From NCBI RefSeq assembly GCF_035594765.1, contig NC_085844.1, forward strand, positions 27,543,923 through 27,607,922: DNA of 64,000 nucleotides, read 5' to 3'. The notes beneath the pieces are model-generated. The model was not told where the DNA came from and ran no database searches. It worked only from the letters and a program-made list of their open reading frames with translations. Position numbers and translations under genes: made by a program. Numbering within the stretch: position 1 is the stretch's first letter; each line of letters starts with the position of its first letter. This DNA comes from Anolis carolinensis. Its lineage: Eukaryota. Of this stretch, positions 61,326 to 64,000 are shown one piece after another.

Positions 61326-62113
61326 CACTGTGAGTGAATTATCTATATGCCCTACTGCTGCACATTCCTAGATCAGAAGCAGGATATTATTTGGCTGTGT
61401 GATTAGTTTATGTCCAAAGAGCAAACTTTCCACACTCTTGTTTCAGTGATTTTGCTTTAAACTGCAAGTGGGGAGCCTATGTGGCCCTCTAGATATATGG
61501 CTGAATTACATCTTCCAAAATTCGATAATAGTTGGATGGCTTGCTAGGGCTTATGGGGTTTGGAATTCAATTCAATAACATCTGGAAAGTCATGCCTGCT
61601 GTAAACCCTAATAGACAAGAAAGGTAACTGCAGGACCTAAGCCAATAGCACAAATGTATCCTTTGCAGACTATGTAGCACACATCAGACATCCAAATAGA
61701 ACTAGTGTGGTGTTTTGAGTGTTGAACTACAACTCCAGAAACCAGGGTTTGAATCCCATGGTTCAGCCATGAAAACCCACTGTGTGATGCTGGGCAAGTT
61801 AGTATGCTCTTGGGCTCCATATAAACTGTAGAATTAAAACAGTTTGACACCACTTTAAATGCCACGGTTCAATGCTAGTGAATCTTAGGAGTTGTAGTTT
61901 AGTGAGGCACCAGAACTTTGGCAGAAAAGTCTAAAGGCATTGTAAAACTGCAATTTCCATAGCATTGTGCCATGACGGTTAAAGTGTTAATTTACAATGT
62001 AAATATACCATCTGAAAATCACGTGAAAGAATCATCTTAGTGTTGCCATAAGTCAGAAATGACTTGAAGACACAGAACAAAACCTACTAATGGTGCCATC
62101 TGTTGTATCTAGG

Positions 62114-62449
62114 GTGGTTGCTTGACTATGGACCCCTTCACACGGGGCATTTTTGCCCCATTTTGCCACTTTAATTTGTGGCAAGGATGGGATCTGCCAT
62201 GCACCATCACACGATGCACCGTAGGCCCTGCCCACATTCCTCCCAAAGTGGAGAGGAAGTGCCAAAAGGTGCTTTCCTCACCACTACAGGGAGGAAAGTG
62301 AAGTTTGGGTAGCTCAATTCCCCTCCACTTTGGGAGGAATGTGGGCAGGGCCTACGGTGCATCATGTGATGGTGCATGGCAGGTCCCATCCTTGCCATAA
62401 AATGGGGCAAAAATGCCCCGTGTGAAGGGGTCCATAGTCAAGCAACCAC
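62114..62449. repeat. ~336-bp near-perfect inverted repeat (Harbinger-like MITE core)
   Basis: Arms ~62114-62258 and ~62318-62449 are reverse complements. Confidence 0.9.
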
Positions 62450-63396
62450 ATTTTTCTCCCCTTTCTGCCATCTGATGGAGGCAGGGTAGGGTGCCAACAC
62501 ACCCTGTCCTGTCCCCACCATATAATGGAGGAAGGATGGAGGCTATGTGAGGCAACACGAGCACCTTTCCTTTTGCTGTGCAACGTTACGGTCTGAAAGA
62601 GCCTTATGAAGAGGTTATATTGCCCCTAGTACCAGAACATAACATTTCATTACATTCACACATACTTTCCAAGTGAACATTATGTTGGACCATAGAGTCT
62701 GCCCATCCATCCAGTGAAAAGCAAATAATCCAATTCAGGTAGTGCATTTTTAATGAAAGGCAGTCAATGGTTAGTTATTTACTTTATTACTTTATTGGGA
62801 AGACAAGTTTGTGGGATCTTCTACAGCAAAAAGCTAAATAGCTCAGTGCATCTACACTGTGGCATTAATGCAGTTTGATGCCACTTCAACTCCCATGGCT
62901 CAGTGCTATGGAATCTTGGGAATTGTCTTTTAGTGAGACATCAGCACTATTTGGCAGAGAAGACTAAGCATCTTACCATGTTTTCCTGAAAATAAGACCT
63001 AGCAGATCTTTGGGAACAAAAATTAATATAAGATACTGCTTTATTTTCGGGGAAAACATGATATAGAAGGAGTGGGAAGAGGATAATGCCTTCCACTTAT
63101 GTGCAGAAAAGGAATAAGTTCTATCAATAAAGAGTTATTTATATTGGGTTGTTGTGCATTTTCCAGGCTGTATTTTTTTTCTTATTCATTTATATTTTTA
63201 TAAAGATACATATTTTGAGCATACTTAAGAGAAATTCATTATAAATACAGGCAGGGTGTCTGGCCTTTTGGACAATGCTCAGGTTCAGAGCATAAAAACA
63301 TGGTGTTTTCAAATTCTCTCTGAATGTTATCTGAGACATGTTTTTTGCCAATTACAAAATGCTGCTTAGTGCAAAAATGTTGGAGTAGATGTATAA

Positions 63397-63450
<54 letters not shown>
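63397..63450. repeat. (AAT)n microsatellite
   Basis: Seen directly. Confidence 0.95.
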
Positions 63451-63451
<1 letters not shown>

Positions 63452-64000
63452 TTTATTTGAACATCTGTATTGGCATAGCCATTTTCCGCTGTTCCATTTA
63501 CTCTTCCAACACAAATTGGCAGAAAATATAATTACAACATCACTAGCAAAGAACAAGTTGTCATCGCAAGGGCCAACACACACCTTGAAAACAGCTCCTA
63601 TTGCAAATCTCCCAAGATAAATAGCAGTCAAACTGATTTCAATCCTGGCAAGATTAGGGAAGCCAAAGGAATGGGGTTTATTAATTATTCCTGAATAGCA
63701 GTGACAAATGGAGACTTCTGCTGCCTAAAAATATTGATGTTTCCCTGAGTACATTTGTATGGAAATTGCTAACTGGGGTCCATCACTGCAAAATATAACT
63801 TCCAGATCAGTCCTCCAGCACTATAGTGCAACTCTTTGGTCAAAATCCAACAAAAGTTGACCATAGAGATGCATTGGAAGACATCGAGATTTCGAGAGAG
63901 ACTATATTAATCCACGAATAATCAAACCTGGAAATGTGGAGAACCAACTGCACTCATTTCCTACAAAAAGTCAATAAAGGGTTAGTAATCCTTATCAAAT

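Noticed and set aside
63239-63631. 130-aa ORF with a poly-Tyr run
   Set aside because: Translation of an (AAT)n microsatellite.

Overview
Vertebrate non-coding genomic DNA, almost certainly squamate. The repeat families (Sauria-type SINE, L2-tailed SINEs, 5S-headed SINE, CR1, RTE/BovB, Penelope, hAT, Tc1-mariner and Harbinger-like MITEs) match those I recall from Anolis lizards; the species is an inference. No host protein-coding gene can be supported, apart from one weak candidate exon. The only long intact CDSs belong to a young, apparently full-length L2-clade LINE (ORF1 43080-44042; APE-RT ORF2 44055-47060). Its two ORFs are in the same frame and separated by a single TGA-CTA stop. The most unusual signal is in five mutually divergent solo LTRs or LTR fragments (23404-23574, 30352-31217, 41307-42543, 50758-51471, 57459-~58545). 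Each has a reading frame opening at LTR nucleotide 2 that encodes an acidic low-complexity stretch ending in a basic RRSxR(I/L)-type motif like the HMGN nucleosome-binding core. The motif is intact in one copy and degraded, mostly by CpG-type changes, in the others. This points to a chromatin-binding protein tail encoded in LTR U3. Also present: a Penelope-associated minimal hammerhead ribozyme candidate, fold-back hairpins at two LINE 5' truncation points, a ~336-nt palindrome, extensive TE nesting and a 132-bp assembly gap. Family names come from recalled motifs, not from database searches, and ends of old elements are approximate.
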